DNA of 64,000 bases from Thiobacillus denitrificans (GCA_002424845.1 DILD01000028.1:17220-81219); one strand, 5' to 3'. Numbered from the stretch's first letter, positions 1 through 9,396 are shown. Notes: a model not told the origin generated them from the sequence alone. Made by a program: numbers and translations.

Positions 1-258
1 GATTGATTCCGGTGCGCTGGCGTAGCCGAAACGATGCAGGGTTTCGTACAGCAGTATGCCGGCATAGTCGCCGGTGAATGGGCGACCGCTGCGGTTGGCG
101 CCATGCATGCCGGGGGCGAGGCCGACGATCAGCAGGCTCGGTGCCGGGTCGCCGAAAGCAGGCACCGGGCGTGCATGGTAGTCGGGATGGCGGATGCGCA
201 CCTCGTCCAGGAAAGTGGCGAGGCGCGGGCAGGCGCGGCAGTCAGGGTCGAAGTCCAT
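1..258 (-). CDS. Uracil-DNA glycosylase family 5 (UdgB-like), 5' part; runs off window start
   Basis: Manual translation MDFDPDCRACPRL...LLIVGLAPGMHGANRSGRPFTGD; CxxC plus family-5 GLAPG..GANR.GRPFTGD motif; not in ORF track because truncated. Confidence 0.9.
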   Translation of the reverse strand, partial: MDFDPDCRACPRLATFLDEVRIRHPDYHARPVPAFGDPAPSLLIVGLAPGMHGANRSGRPFTGDYAGILLYETLHRFGYASAPESI

Positions 259-317
259 TGCGAAACCAGTCAAAACATCCAGGAATCAGGGCGCTTATTG
301 TAGGGCGTGTGGGCTGT

Positions 318-1265
318 TCAGGCGTTGGGCGAATGGGGTGTGAAGATGCCGCGAACTAACGGCTGCGCTGTTGGTACTTCGGGCTGCAGGGTGATATGGC
401 GGATGCCGTGGCGCGTGTCCAGGGCCTGACGCGCGGCGGCGAGGATGCCCGGCCAGTCGGCGAGGTTACTGATTTCCAGGTGGGCCGACAGGGCGATGGT
501 GCCGGATGACAATGTCCATACGTGCAGGTCGTGCACCCTCAGCACGCCGTCAAGCTTTGCCAGGTCGTGGCCGACAGCATCGAGCCGGACATTGAGTGGT
601 ACGCCTTCCATCAGCACATGAATGACTTCGCGCAGCAGCCGCAGCGCCGACACCAGAATCAGCGCCGCCACGAGTAGCGACAGCAGCGGGTCGATCGGGG
701 TCCAGCCGGTGGTGACGATGACGATGCCGGCGGTGATCGCCGCCACCGAACCGAGCGCGTCGCCCAACACATGCAGCAGGGCGGCGCGTGTGTTAAGCGT
801 CTGCTCGCCGCGATGCAGGATCCAGGCGACCATGAGGTTGATGGCGAGGCCGATGACGGCAACGCTAATGACGGTGCCGCCGGCAATGTCGCGCGGGGCG
901 CCGATGCGCTCGATGGCTTCGCTCACGATGAAGCCGATCAGCACCAGCATCATGAGGCTGTTTAACAGTGCCGCCAGGACTTCGGCGCGCACCAGACCGT
1001 AGGAATGCAGCATGCTGGGCGGCCGTCGCGCCAGCCAGGCGGCAGCAGCGGCCAGACCCAATGCTGAACTGTCGGTGAGCATGTGGGCGGCGTCAGCCAG
1101 CAGTGCGAGCGAGCCTGACCACCAGCCGGCCACGGCCTCGACCGTGGCGAAGGACAGCGTCAACAGCAGGGCGACCAGCAGGGTGCCGTTTTGAGTTGTG
1201 TGATGGTGGGCGTGGTCTGCCCCGTGGCCGGACGCAGCGCTGTGATCGTGTTTATGCGCGGCCAC
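318..1265 (-). CDS. Cation diffusion facilitator (CzcD/ZitB-like Zn/Co/Cd exporter)
   Basis: His-rich N-terminus, SLALLADAAHMLTD, HVLGD, VHDLHVW; GTG start at 1265 chosen (ORF track extends to 1418). Confidence 0.9.
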   Translation of the reverse strand: MAAHKHDHSAASGHGADHAHHHTTQNGTLLVALLLTLSFATVEAVAGWWSGSLALLADAAHMLTDSSALGLAAAAAWLARRPPSMLHSYGLVRAEVLAALLNSLMMLVLIGFIVSEAIERIGAPRDIAGGTVISVAVIGLAINLMVAWILHRGEQTLNTRAALLHVLGDALGSVAAITAGIVIVTTGWTPIDPLLSLLVAALILVSALRLLREVIHVLMEGVPLNVRLDAVGHDLAKLDGVLRVHDLHVWTLSSGTIALSAHLEISNLADWPGILAAARQALDTRHGIRHITLQPEVPTAQPLVRGIFTPHSPNA

Positions 1266-2331
1266 AGTAATCGGTCGGGTCGGCCTGCAGGTTGAGGTCG
1301 GCGGAATCCTGTCCCAGCCCGGCGATATGGTGCAGCGCGTTGACATAGCGTGCTGATTCGCGCAACTGGAGCATCGTATGGGGGTGTGGATGCCCGTGCA
1401 TGCGGGCAAGCCGCGCACGGGCAGGGGCAGGCCAGTCGACTTTCAGGTTTGCCAGCACCTCGTCGGCCAGATCGGGTCGATTGCAGACCAACGCCATGTC
1501 GCATCCGGCGGTGAGCGCAGCGGCCACCCGTTGGACGATGCCACCTGCTATGGCGGCACCTTCCATGCACAGGTCATCGCTGAAAATCGTGCCGTCGAAT
1601 TCCAGCTGATGGCGCAGGAGCTTTTGCAGCCAGACTTTGGAAAAACCGGCTGGCTGCTGGTCGACTTGGGGGTAAATCACGTGTGCGGGCATGATCGCAG
1701 CAAGTCCCGCCTCAATCATCAGACGGAAAGGCATCAGGTCGGCAATGGCGATGCTTGCCAGTGTGCGGTCATCGACCGGGATGGCAACGTGCGAGTCTGC
1801 AACTACAAACCCGTGACCGGGGAAGTGCTTGCCACAGGCAGCCATGCCAGCGTCTTTCATGCCCAGCATCACGGCCTGTGCCAGCTGGAAAACGGCGTGG
1901 GGGTCGGCATGGAAGGAGCGGTCTCCGATGACTGATGAAGCGCCGTAATCCAGGTCGAGCACCGGCGCGAAGCTGAAATCGATACCGTGTGCACGCAGTT
2001 CGCTTGCCAGTACAAAGCCGGATTCGCGCGCGAGATGCTTGGCCTGTTGGGGGTGCGCGTTCCATATTTCACCAAAAATACGCATCGGTGGCAGGCGGGT
2101 AAAGCCATCCCGGAACCGCTGCACTCGTCCCCCCTCCTGGTCGACCCCGATCAGCAGGGGGGCGGATTTAAGGCCGTGAATTTCGTCAGCCAACGCAGCC
2201 AGCTGGGCCGGGTCGCGGTAATTGCGGGAAAACAGGATGACGCCGCCAACGAGTGGGTGGGAGAGGCGGCGGCGGTCATCGTCAGTCAATTCGGTGCCCG
2301 CCACATCGAGCATCAAGGGGCCAAGCGTCAT
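1252..2331 (-). CDS. nagZ: Beta-N-acetylhexosaminidase (GH3)
   Basis: DQEGGRVQR, KHFPGHG..DSH, SDDLxM motifs; start MTLGPLMLD. Confidence 0.95.
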   Translation of the reverse strand: MTLGPLMLDVAGTELTDDDRRRLSHPLVGGVILFSRNYRDPAQLAALADEIHGLKSAPLLIGVDQEGGRVQRFRDGFTRLPPMRIFGEIWNAHPQQAKHLARESGFVLASELRAHGIDFSFAPVLDLDYGASSVIGDRSFHADPHAVFQLAQAVMLGMKDAGMAACGKHFPGHGFVVADSHVAIPVDDRTLASIAIADLMPFRLMIEAGLAAIMPAHVIYPQVDQQPAGFSKVWLQKLLRHQLEFDGTIFSDDLCMEGAAIAGGIVQRVAAALTAGCDMALVCNRPDLADEVLANLKVDWPAPARARLARMHGHPHPHTMLQLRESARYVNALHHIAGLGQDSADLNLQADPTDYCGRA

Positions 2332-2741
2332 GATGGGGCTTCCGGCTTGATTGTTGGGGGACTGGATCGTTCCAGCACGACAAACGCCAGCACGAGGTCG
2401 CCCTCGTCCGACAGCGAAACATGATGCGCCGTGACGCCGCGTACCGCTAGCCAGGCATCCAGTTCTGGCGCGCATTGCAGGAAGGGTTTTCCCTGCTCGT
2501 CGCGTAGCACGGCAATATTGCCCAGCGTAACGGGAGGGCGCAGCCCGGTTCCTGCGGCTTTGGCAAAGGCTTCTTTGACAGCGAAGCATTTGGCCAGAAA
2601 GCGTGCCGGGTTGCGGCTGGCGTTATAGCCCGCGTGCTCGGCCGGGGCGAGGATGCGATCGACATAAGGCTTGCCAAAGCGCGCGAGGCCGTTGCGAATG
2701 CGCTCGGCGTCGAGCAGGTCAGTGCCGATACCGTGGATCAT
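2328..2741 (-). CDS. acpS: Holo-[acyl-carrier-protein] synthase
   Basis: MIHGIGTDL, FAVKEAFAKA, VSLSDE. Confidence 0.93.
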   Translation of the reverse strand: MIHGIGTDLLDAERIRNGLARFGKPYVDRILAPAEHAGYNASRNPARFLAKCFAVKEAFAKAAGTGLRPPVTLGNIAVLRDEQGKPFLQCAPELDAWLAVRGVTAHHVSLSDEGDLVLAFVVLERSSPPTIKPEAPS

Positions 2742-3595
2742 GGCGACACTTTCACAGGTAAGCCAGCCGCCCGGATTTTGGCGGCGAAAGTTTCGAGCCA
2801 ATCGGCGGGCAGCGCGCCCAGTCGGGGAGCCTGGGGCTGCATTGAAGGCCGCGCCAGGCCATACAGCAGTACTCCGCTTACCGGAATGTTCTGTAGCCGG
2901 ATGCGCTGCACTGCCTTCAGGTAAGCCGCCTGTTCTGCGTTGGATGGCGGATTGCCGTCCAGTGTGAACACACAGGTTTGCAACCAGGTCGGACATAGGT
3001 GAGCTGCCGTGTCCAAACGCTCGAACTGTTTTTCTGGCGAGATGCGAGTCTGGTTGATGATGTGCATGCCGCCGGCCGTTGCGCTGTCGAATTTGAACCA
3101 GATTTCGCCATTCAGGCGTGCCATCTTCCGGAGGCCGTCACGCACACGCGGACGATCAGCGAAGCTGCCGTTGGTGATCAGCACCAGCTTGATTTTCCCG
3201 TTCAGATCGAAGTCGGCCATCACCTGACCGATCAATTCGATGACCTGCGGAAATGCCTTGGCGCTGGTCGGTTCGCCGTTACCCGACAACGCAATATCAT
3301 TCAGTCGACGTGCACCTTCCGGAACGCGCCTTTGCATGAAATCGCCGTGGACGATATCGGCAAGCATCGTTCGGAGTTCGGCCTCAAGGTGTGCCAGATC
3401 AATTTCCGGGGCCGTCCCCCGCACCAGATCGGATACCTGGCAATATACGCACGCCCAGTTGCACGCGTTATTCGGGTTGAGGTTTATCCCCACTGATACG
3501 CCACCGGCGCGGCGAGACACGACGGGATAGACATACGTCATGTCTGCGCTATCGCGGTCGTGATCGATGGGGGTGAGCGGGCTGGTCCGAACCAT
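2738..3595 (-). CDS. Radical SAM protein of unknown function (COG0731/Tyw1-like)
   Basis: YVYPVVSRRAGGVSVGINL, CNWACVYC (CxxxCxxC), SGNGEPT, ITNGS. Confidence 0.85.
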   Translation of the reverse strand: MVRTSPLTPIDHDRDSADMTYVYPVVSRRAGGVSVGINLNPNNACNWACVYCQVSDLVRGTAPEIDLAHLEAELRTMLADIVHGDFMQRRVPEGARRLNDIALSGNGEPTSAKAFPQVIELIGQVMADFDLNGKIKLVLITNGSFADRPRVRDGLRKMARLNGEIWFKFDSATAGGMHIINQTRISPEKQFERLDTAAHLCPTWLQTCVFTLDGNPPSNAEQAAYLKAVQRIRLQNIPVSGVLLYGLARPSMQPQAPRLGALPADWLETFAAKIRAAGLPVKVSP

Positions 3596-3629
3596 CCGTG
3601 GATTTTCTCACCAAGTTGGGCCGGGCAAC

Positions 3630-3653
3630 AAAAAAACGCCCGGGTGGGCGTTT
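3630..3653 (-). terminator. Intrinsic terminator after tRNA-Ser
   Basis: AAACGCCC-4nt loop-GGGCGTTT hairpin with T7 tail on minus strand. Confidence 0.7.
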
Positions 3654-3664
3654 CGAATACTGAT

Positions 3665-3700
3665 TGGCGGGGCGGGGAGGTTCGCTCCCCGAGGCCGCCC
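3665..3700 (-). repeat. Degenerate copy of the tRNA-Ser 3' end
   Basis: GGGAGCGAACCTCCCCGCCCCGCCA vs tRNA GTGAGTTCGAATCTCACCGCCTCCGCCA, 89 bp downstream. Confidence 0.55.
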
Positions 3701-3753
3701 GATTCAGGTTTTAGCTCAACGGGTTGCGCCCGTATCGCTGAAACCAGATTATC

Positions 3754-3843
3754 TGGCGGAGGCGGTGAGATTCGAACTCACGGATGGCTTGCACCATCGC
3801 CGGTTTTCAAGACCGGTGCCTTAAACCGCTCGGCCACACCTCC
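3754..3843 (-). tRNA. tRNA-Ser(TGA)
   Basis: GGAGGTGTGGCCGAGCGGTTTAAGGC, anticodon arm CCGGT-CTTGAAA-ACCGG, long variable arm, GTTCGAATC, encoded CCA. Confidence 0.97.
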
Positions 3844-4042
3844 ACGGCGCGCATTGTAGCGGTTGCGGCCAGATTTGTGCGGCTGGGGGCGGGTCATCTG
3901 GTGGCAGGGGGGTAAGGGCAAGCCATTAAAGTGAGGCTCAGCCAGCTTGATCAGATTTCACGCTCATCGGGGCACTGGCGCAAATGGCGCTGTTCAGCGA
4001 ATATACACGGCATGCCGAACCAGACATCACGATCTGATTGAA

Positions 4043-5530
4043 ATGCTAACCCTGCTTACTCGTCGCCTGACGGGCGTTTCGGGCTCACCGTTTGTTTCAG
4101 TCAAAGCCACCGAAAAGTGGCTGAAGAGCCTGCCCTCGGAAACAGACTACGATGCCCATCATGCCCTGGTTGAAGGCTTGGAGCGCTTCAATGCCGAGAA
4201 TGAGGCGGCCACGCTCAAGCGGATGCAGTCTCTCATCCTGATTGAAGAAGCCGGACTGCCCCTGCAGAACCGCATCGTTAATCAATATGTGCGCAATCAG
4301 GCTTCATTTCGCCAGGCGCGCCAAACTCTGTGGCGTGAATCCCGAAGTTTCTGGTCATTGCTGGCAGATGCCTGGCTCGCAATGCTTAAACAGGCTTATC
4401 GCACTGCCGACAGCGCGGAACTCAGACCGCGTGCAGCAGAAATCGCCATACGGGCACTTCGTTATGCGGGGTTGGCCATGCGATGGGATTTTCATCAGGT
4501 CCGTAGCCCGTCAGGATCGGCCTGGCGGCGCGTTCACAAGATATACCGGTTGGTTGAGAACGATGGGTATTCTGTGAAGGAAGTGCCGGTCGATGGCCAC
4601 CTCAGCCACTGCGCTCGCGAATATTCATTGATTGTCATGATGGGGCTGGTGTCTCCACTGGGTTATCGCCCCGAGCAAATCGAATCCATTGCGCATCTTC
4701 TCGAGGGGTATTCATCTTTGCCTTTGCCGGCAGCCGTGCCGCGACGTTATACCCACACGCACGTGGTTGATCTTTCCCTGGCTGAAGGGGCGAGCGTGAT
4801 CGATTCAACGCTGGTGCAAGGCAGTCGCCTGCGTTATCTCGCCCTGCAGTCAATGGTCGATTATCTGAAGTCGCTTGATCAATCGACTGCAGACGCGGCA
4901 GCTGTCAGTCTCGGTCGACAGGTGGCCAGTCTGATCGAGCGGGGCGGCATCCGGCGTAATCGTCCCCGTACACAGTGCATTGGAAGTGCCTGGGTGACTG
5001 GGGGGGTGGATAACATTCTGGCTGTGCTGGCGCATCCGGATGCCTCCGATGACCGATTGTCACTTGAGCCATGGATGCTTCGCGACGAGAGCGTCGAGGG
5101 CATGGGGCTGATTCCACCCGAGTCCAAGCAGCTGCCATATGGCAGTTTATTGGCGGTCACGCTGAGTCCGGCAGAAGGTGTTTGGCAATTGCTGGCAGCG
5201 CGCTGGAACCGCAAGGAGAACGGTCAGAATCTGGTGGGCGCCGAGTGTTTGTCCCGTCATCCCAAACGGGTGGAAATCTATTCAGAAAACGAGTCGGGTG
5301 AGGCACAGAACAGGGTCTGGGCGGCATTTTTGCCGATGGCTCATGCAGAATACGGCACGAGCAACCTGCTTTTACCGAAAACGCATTATTGCCTGGGGGC
5401 CTCAGTGACGTTGCGCGATGGCGACGTGATTTATCGTCTGTGCCTGGGCGAGGTGTATGAGACCCACGAAAACTGGCTGCGTGTCGGGATGGATGTGGTC
5501 GAACGGAGGCTTCTGACGGCGCCCGTATGA
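4043..5530 (+). CDS. Hypothetical protein with atypical PilZ-like motifs (possible c-di-GMP receptor)
   Basis: Long ORF; helical N-part, then RRNRPR (RxxxR) and DESVEG (DxSxxG); ATG 4043 preferred to TTG 3947. Confidence 0.65.
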   Translation: MLTLLTRRLTGVSGSPFVSVKATEKWLKSLPSETDYDAHHALVEGLERFNAENEAATLKRMQSLILIEEAGLPLQNRIVNQYVRNQASFRQARQTLWRESRSFWSLLADAWLAMLKQAYRTADSAELRPRAAEIAIRALRYAGLAMRWDFHQVRSPSGSAWRRVHKIYRLVENDGYSVKEVPVDGHLSHCAREYSLIVMMGLVSPLGYRPEQIESIAHLLEGYSSLPLPAAVPRRYTHTHVVDLSLAEGASVIDSTLVQGSRLRYLALQSMVDYLKSLDQSTADAAAVSLGRQVASLIERGGIRRNRPRTQCIGSAWVTGGVDNILAVLAHPDASDDRLSLEPWMLRDESVEGMGLIPPESKQLPYGSLLAVTLSPAEGVWQLLAARWNRKENGQNLVGAECLSRHPKRVEIYSENESGEAQNRVWAAFLPMAHAEYGTSNLLLPKTHYCLGASVTLRDGDVIYRLCLGEVYETHENWLRVGMDVVERRLLTAPV

Positions 5531-5561
5531 AGCGCTCCCGTCAGATTGGCTAAACGGACAT

Positions 5562-6095
5562 TTAGCGGCTGCGAATGTCGCCGAAGTGAAAATCGAATGA
5601 ACCGGCTCGCCGGTCGCTGAAGTACTGTTTCAATGTGGCATGTACGGTGCGGAAGGCAATATCGTCCCAGGGAATCTCGGCTTCGGTGAACAGTTTTGCT
5701 TCAAGCGACTCGATGCCGGGCTGAAAGTCCAGGTCAAGCAGGCGGGCGCGGAACATGAAATACACCTGATTGATGTGCGGGAGGTTGAACAGCGTGTACA
5801 GGCCTCCGATCTCGATACGTGCCCCGGCTTCTTCCCAGGTTTCGCGGGCCGCACCTTCAAGCGTGGTTTCACCGTTTTCCATGAATCCGGCGGGCAGGGT
5901 CCACAGGCCGTACTTGGGCTCGATGGCGCGACGGCACAGCAGTACCTTGTCTTCCCACTCCGGAATGCAACCGACCACCATTTTGGGATTCTGGTAGTGG
6001 ATCGTGCCGCAGTCAGGGCAGATGTGGCGTGGCAAATGATCGCCATCAGGCACGCGTATTACCACGGTGCTGCCGCATTCGCTGCAAAAATTCAT
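5562..6095 (-). CDS. Nudix hydrolase with N-terminal zinc ribbon
   Basis: MNFCSECG...CPDCG, Nudix box GFMENGETTLEGAARETWEEAG. Confidence 0.92.
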   Translation of the reverse strand: MNFCSECGSTVVIRVPDGDHLPRHICPDCGTIHYQNPKMVVGCIPEWEDKVLLCRRAIEPKYGLWTLPAGFMENGETTLEGAARETWEEAGARIEIGGLYTLFNLPHINQVYFMFRARLLDLDFQPGIESLEAKLFTEAEIPWDDIAFRTVHATLKQYFSDRRAGSFDFHFGDIRSR

Positions 6096-6222
6096 GCTGC
6101 ATCCATTTCGATTCCCAGTGTGGGCACGGTAACAAAATCTCCCCACATCAAGCAAGGGCGGAACTGGAATGCGTGTGCGCGAGCGATTATCATTCGAAAT
6201 CCTCCCGTTGTTTTGATCGACC

Positions 6223-7266
6223 ATGCGTCCCTCCCATATAGAAATCATTCTCGACCGTGAATTTGAAAGCGCTGCCGATGGCCACCATACGCCGGTCATG
6301 CTGTGGGGGCCGCCGGGCGTAGGCAAGTCGCAGATCGTTGCCAAGATCGCGCAGCAACGCAGCGTGCCACTGATCGACATCCGTCTGTCGCAAATGGAGC
6401 CGACCGATCTGCGCGGCATCCCCTTTCGAAACGGCCAATTGGTCGAATGGTCGATTCCGTCTGTGCTGCCCGATGCCGAGCGCCACGGCCCGGCTGGCAT
6501 CCTGTTTCTGGATGAGATCACTTCGGCGCCGCCGAGCGTATCGGCCGCCGCTTATCAACTGATCCTGGATCGCCGGCTTGGCGAGTACAAAGTGCCTGAC
6601 GACTGGGTGATTTTTGCAGCGGGCAACCGCCAGGGCGACCGGGGGGTGACCTATGCGATGCCGGCACCGCTGGCCAATCGCTTTACCCACTATGAGGTTG
6701 AGGTCAATCTGGACGATTGGGTGGACTGGGCGAACAGCGAGGAGATCGATCCGCGCGTGATCGCTTTTCTGCGTTTTCGCCCCGATCTCTTGTTCAGCTT
6801 CGACCCCGCGCACACGCCGATTGCCTTCCCCAGTCCGCGTTCATGGGAATATGCCCATCGTGCGTTACAGAAATTCGACCAGACCGATCTGCTGGCCGAT
6901 GCGTTGGTGGCCTGCGTGGGCCAGTCGGCCGGGCTGGAGCTGAAAACCTTTGTCGACAACATGGCGCAGATGCCCGACATCGACGCCATCATCGCCGGCA
7001 AAGTAGCTGAGGTGCCGGAAGGGATCGATCTTCAGTATGGCGTGGCCGCTGCACTGGTGCGTAAAGCCATGCAGGCAGCCGATAATGGCGATCCAGCTAT
7101 GGTCTACAGCAACATCCTCAAATATGCACAGCGGTTTCCACAGCGTGAAATGGGTGTGATGCTGGTGTCCGATCTGCACCGTGCGGTGGGTCGCCCGCTG
7201 TTCGCCGTGCCAGCATTTGCCGAGTGGGCCAACAGCATTACCGATCTCGTTCTATACGAGCATTAA
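6223..7266 (+). CDS. AAA+ ATPase (MoxR-related/AAA_5)
   Basis: Walker A GPPGVGKS, Walker B LFLDE, AAGN, PLANRF, SPRSW. Confidence 0.9.
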   Translation: MRPSHIEIILDREFESAADGHHTPVMLWGPPGVGKSQIVAKIAQQRSVPLIDIRLSQMEPTDLRGIPFRNGQLVEWSIPSVLPDAERHGPAGILFLDEITSAPPSVSAAAYQLILDRRLGEYKVPDDWVIFAAGNRQGDRGVTYAMPAPLANRFTHYEVEVNLDDWVDWANSEEIDPRVIAFLRFRPDLLFSFDPAHTPIAFPSPRSWEYAHRALQKFDQTDLLADALVACVGQSAGLELKTFVDNMAQMPDIDAIIAGKVAEVPEGIDLQYGVAAALVRKAMQAADNGDPAMVYSNILKYAQRFPQREMGVMLVSDLHRAVGRPLFAVPAFAEWANSITDLVLYEH

Positions 7267-7273
7267 TCGATTT

Positions 7274-8530
7274 ATGGCCGACCAGCCTGACGCCGCACTG
7301 CAGCCGATTCTGACCAAACTCGCCGCAGCGCGTACCCGCCTCATCATGGAGCGCCCCTTTCTCGGCGCACTGGTGATGCACCTGCCGTTGAAGCCCGGCG
7401 GCGACTGGTGCACCACCACCGGCACCGACGCGCAGGCCTTCTATTTCAATCCAAAATTCGTCGAAAATCTCTCGCTGGCGCAGACGCAGTTCGTGCTGGC
7501 GCACGAAGCGATGCATTGCGCGATGGGGCATCCCCACCGCCGCAACCATCGGGTGAAACGACGCTGGGACGTGGCCTGTGATCACGCGGTCAACCTGATC
7601 CTGATCGAGGAAGGCCTGAAGCCCCCGTTGCATGGCATTCTTGCCGACCAGAACTTCATGACGCTGTCTGCCGAGGAAATCTACCCGCTGATTCCCGAGG
7701 ACACTCCGGAAGAGTCCTTCGACCAGCACCTGTTCGACAATGACAATGAATCGGGTGCCAGCCCCGACGAGAACGAGCGCCAGGACGATCCGGATGCCGG
7801 CGACTCGGGCGGCCAGGGCAAGGAAGGCCAGAGCCAGGCCGAGGAGCAGCAGGGCAGCGGCAGCCAGGCTTCGCAAAAGCCGAACGAACTGTCGCCCAGC
7901 GAGCGCGAGGAACTCGCCGAACAATGGAAGAACCGTCTTGCTGCCGCGGCGCAGGCCGCGCGCCAAGCCGGCAAGCTGTCGCAGTCGATGATGCGCTGGG
8001 TCGACAGCCTGCTGGCACCCAGCCTGCCGTGGCGTGCGTTGCTGGCGCGGTTCTTCGCAGTCAACCAGCGTGACGATTATTCGTGGCGCCGCCCGTCGCG
8101 GCGCGAAGGCGATGCGCTGCTGCCGCGCCTGTCGAGCGAGGGCATCGAGGTGGTGGCGGCAATCGATACCAGCGGCTCGATCAGCGACGACGAACTGCGC
8201 GAATTCGTCACCGAACTTGATGCATTGAAAGGCCAGGTGCGCGCCCGGGTCACCCTGCTGGCCTGCGACAACCACGTTGCCGAAGCAGCGCCATGGGAGT
8301 TCGAGCCGTGGGATGCCATGCAGCTGCCGGCCGAGATATCGGGCGGTGGCGGCACCGATTTCCGCCCGGTGTTCGACTGGGTCGAACATGAAAACCGCAG
8401 CCCCAATATGCTGGTGTATTTCACCGATGCCGAGGGCGACTTCCCCAAGGTGCCGCCGAATTATCCGGTGATCTGGCTGGTCAAGGGCAAGGGTGCGGTG
8501 CCTTGGGGCGAGCGGGTACAGCTAAATTGA
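7274..8530 (+). CDS. DUF2201-type protein: N-terminal HExxH metallopeptidase-like domain + C-terminal VWA-like domain
   Basis: HEAMH, acidic/Gln-Gly linker, MIDAS DTSGS, GGGTDF, YFTD. Confidence 0.88.
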   Translation: MADQPDAALQPILTKLAAARTRLIMERPFLGALVMHLPLKPGGDWCTTTGTDAQAFYFNPKFVENLSLAQTQFVLAHEAMHCAMGHPHRRNHRVKRRWDVACDHAVNLILIEEGLKPPLHGILADQNFMTLSAEEIYPLIPEDTPEESFDQHLFDNDNESGASPDENERQDDPDAGDSGGQGKEGQSQAEEQQGSGSQASQKPNELSPSEREELAEQWKNRLAAAAQAARQAGKLSQSMMRWVDSLLAPSLPWRALLARFFAVNQRDDYSWRRPSRREGDALLPRLSSEGIEVVAAIDTSGSISDDELREFVTELDALKGQVRARVTLLACDNHVAEAAPWEFEPWDAMQLPAEISGGGGTDFRPVFDWVEHENRSPNMLVYFTDAEGDFPKVPPNYPVIWLVKGKGAVPWGERVQLN

Positions 8531-8535
8531 GCACA

Positions 8536-9396
8536 ATGGATCAATTCAAATCGACGCCCACCCATCCCAGCAGGGTGCGTGGTTTCTTATTCGAGCAACT
8601 CGACATCCGCGGGGCCTGGGTGCAGCTGGGCGATGCCTGGGGGGCGATGACGGCGGGGCGCGATTATCCCGACCCGGCTGCCGAACTTCTGGGGCAGTTG
8701 GCCGTTGTTACCACATTGATTACCGCCAATCTCAAACAGCCGGGGCGGCTTACATTCCAGTTGCGGGGAGAAGGCGCCGTTTCATTGCTGGTGATGGATT
8801 GTGACGAGCAATTGCGATTGCGGGGCATGGTACGCACGGTTCCTGAACTTGCGGCGGGCAGCTTGCCGACTCTGCTTGGAGGGGGGGCGATGACCATGAC
8901 GCTTGATGTTGCGGGCATGCGCCAGCCCTACCAGAGCCATGTGCCGCTTCAGGGCGAGACCCTGGCCGCGGTTTTCGAACACTATCTGGAGCAGTCCGAG
9001 CAGACGCCGACCCGCTTGTGGCTGGTAGCCAACCACGAAACTGCGGCAGGGCTTTTCCTGCAGGCGCTCCCAGGCGCAAGCCTGCGCGATGCCGATGGCT
9101 GGAACCGATTACAAATCCTGGCCGATACCGTTCAGGCGGATGAATTGCTTGGACTTGGTGCGATCAAGTTGATAGAGCGATTGTTTCCTGAAGAGGATGT
9201 GCGTGTGTATGACCCACGTCCCGTGAATTATCACTGCCCGTACGATCCAGCCAAAATTCATGCCATGCTGCGTAGCGTCGGAAAAACCGAATGCGAGAGC
9301 ATCATTGCCGATCAGGGCGAAATTCGGGTGCATGACGAGATTTGCAATCATGAATATGTGCTGGATGGCGCTGCTGTTTCCGCCTTGTTTGCATAG
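8536..9396 (+). CDS. hslO: Hsp33 family redox chaperone (atypical Zn site)
   Basis: FLFEQLDIRGAWV, YLEQSEQTPT, AAGLFLQALP, RLFPEEDVR; C-terminal HCPY...DEICN. Confidence 0.88.
   Translation: MDQFKSTPTHPSRVRGFLFEQLDIRGAWVQLGDAWGAMTAGRDYPDPAAELLGQLAVVTTLITANLKQPGRLTFQLRGEGAVSLLVMDCDEQLRLRGMVRTVPELAAGSLPTLLGGGAMTMTLDVAGMRQPYQSHVPLQGETLAAVFEHYLEQSEQTPTRLWLVANHETAAGLFLQALPGASLRDADGWNRLQILADTVQADELLGLGAIKLIERLFPEEDVRVYDPRPVNYHCPYDPAKIHAMLRSVGKTECESIIADQGEIRVHDEICNHEYVLDGAAVSALFA

Noticed and set aside
3596-5530. Genomic island or prophage at tRNA-Ser
   Set aside because: No integrase or phage genes; flanks are ordinary chromosomal genes
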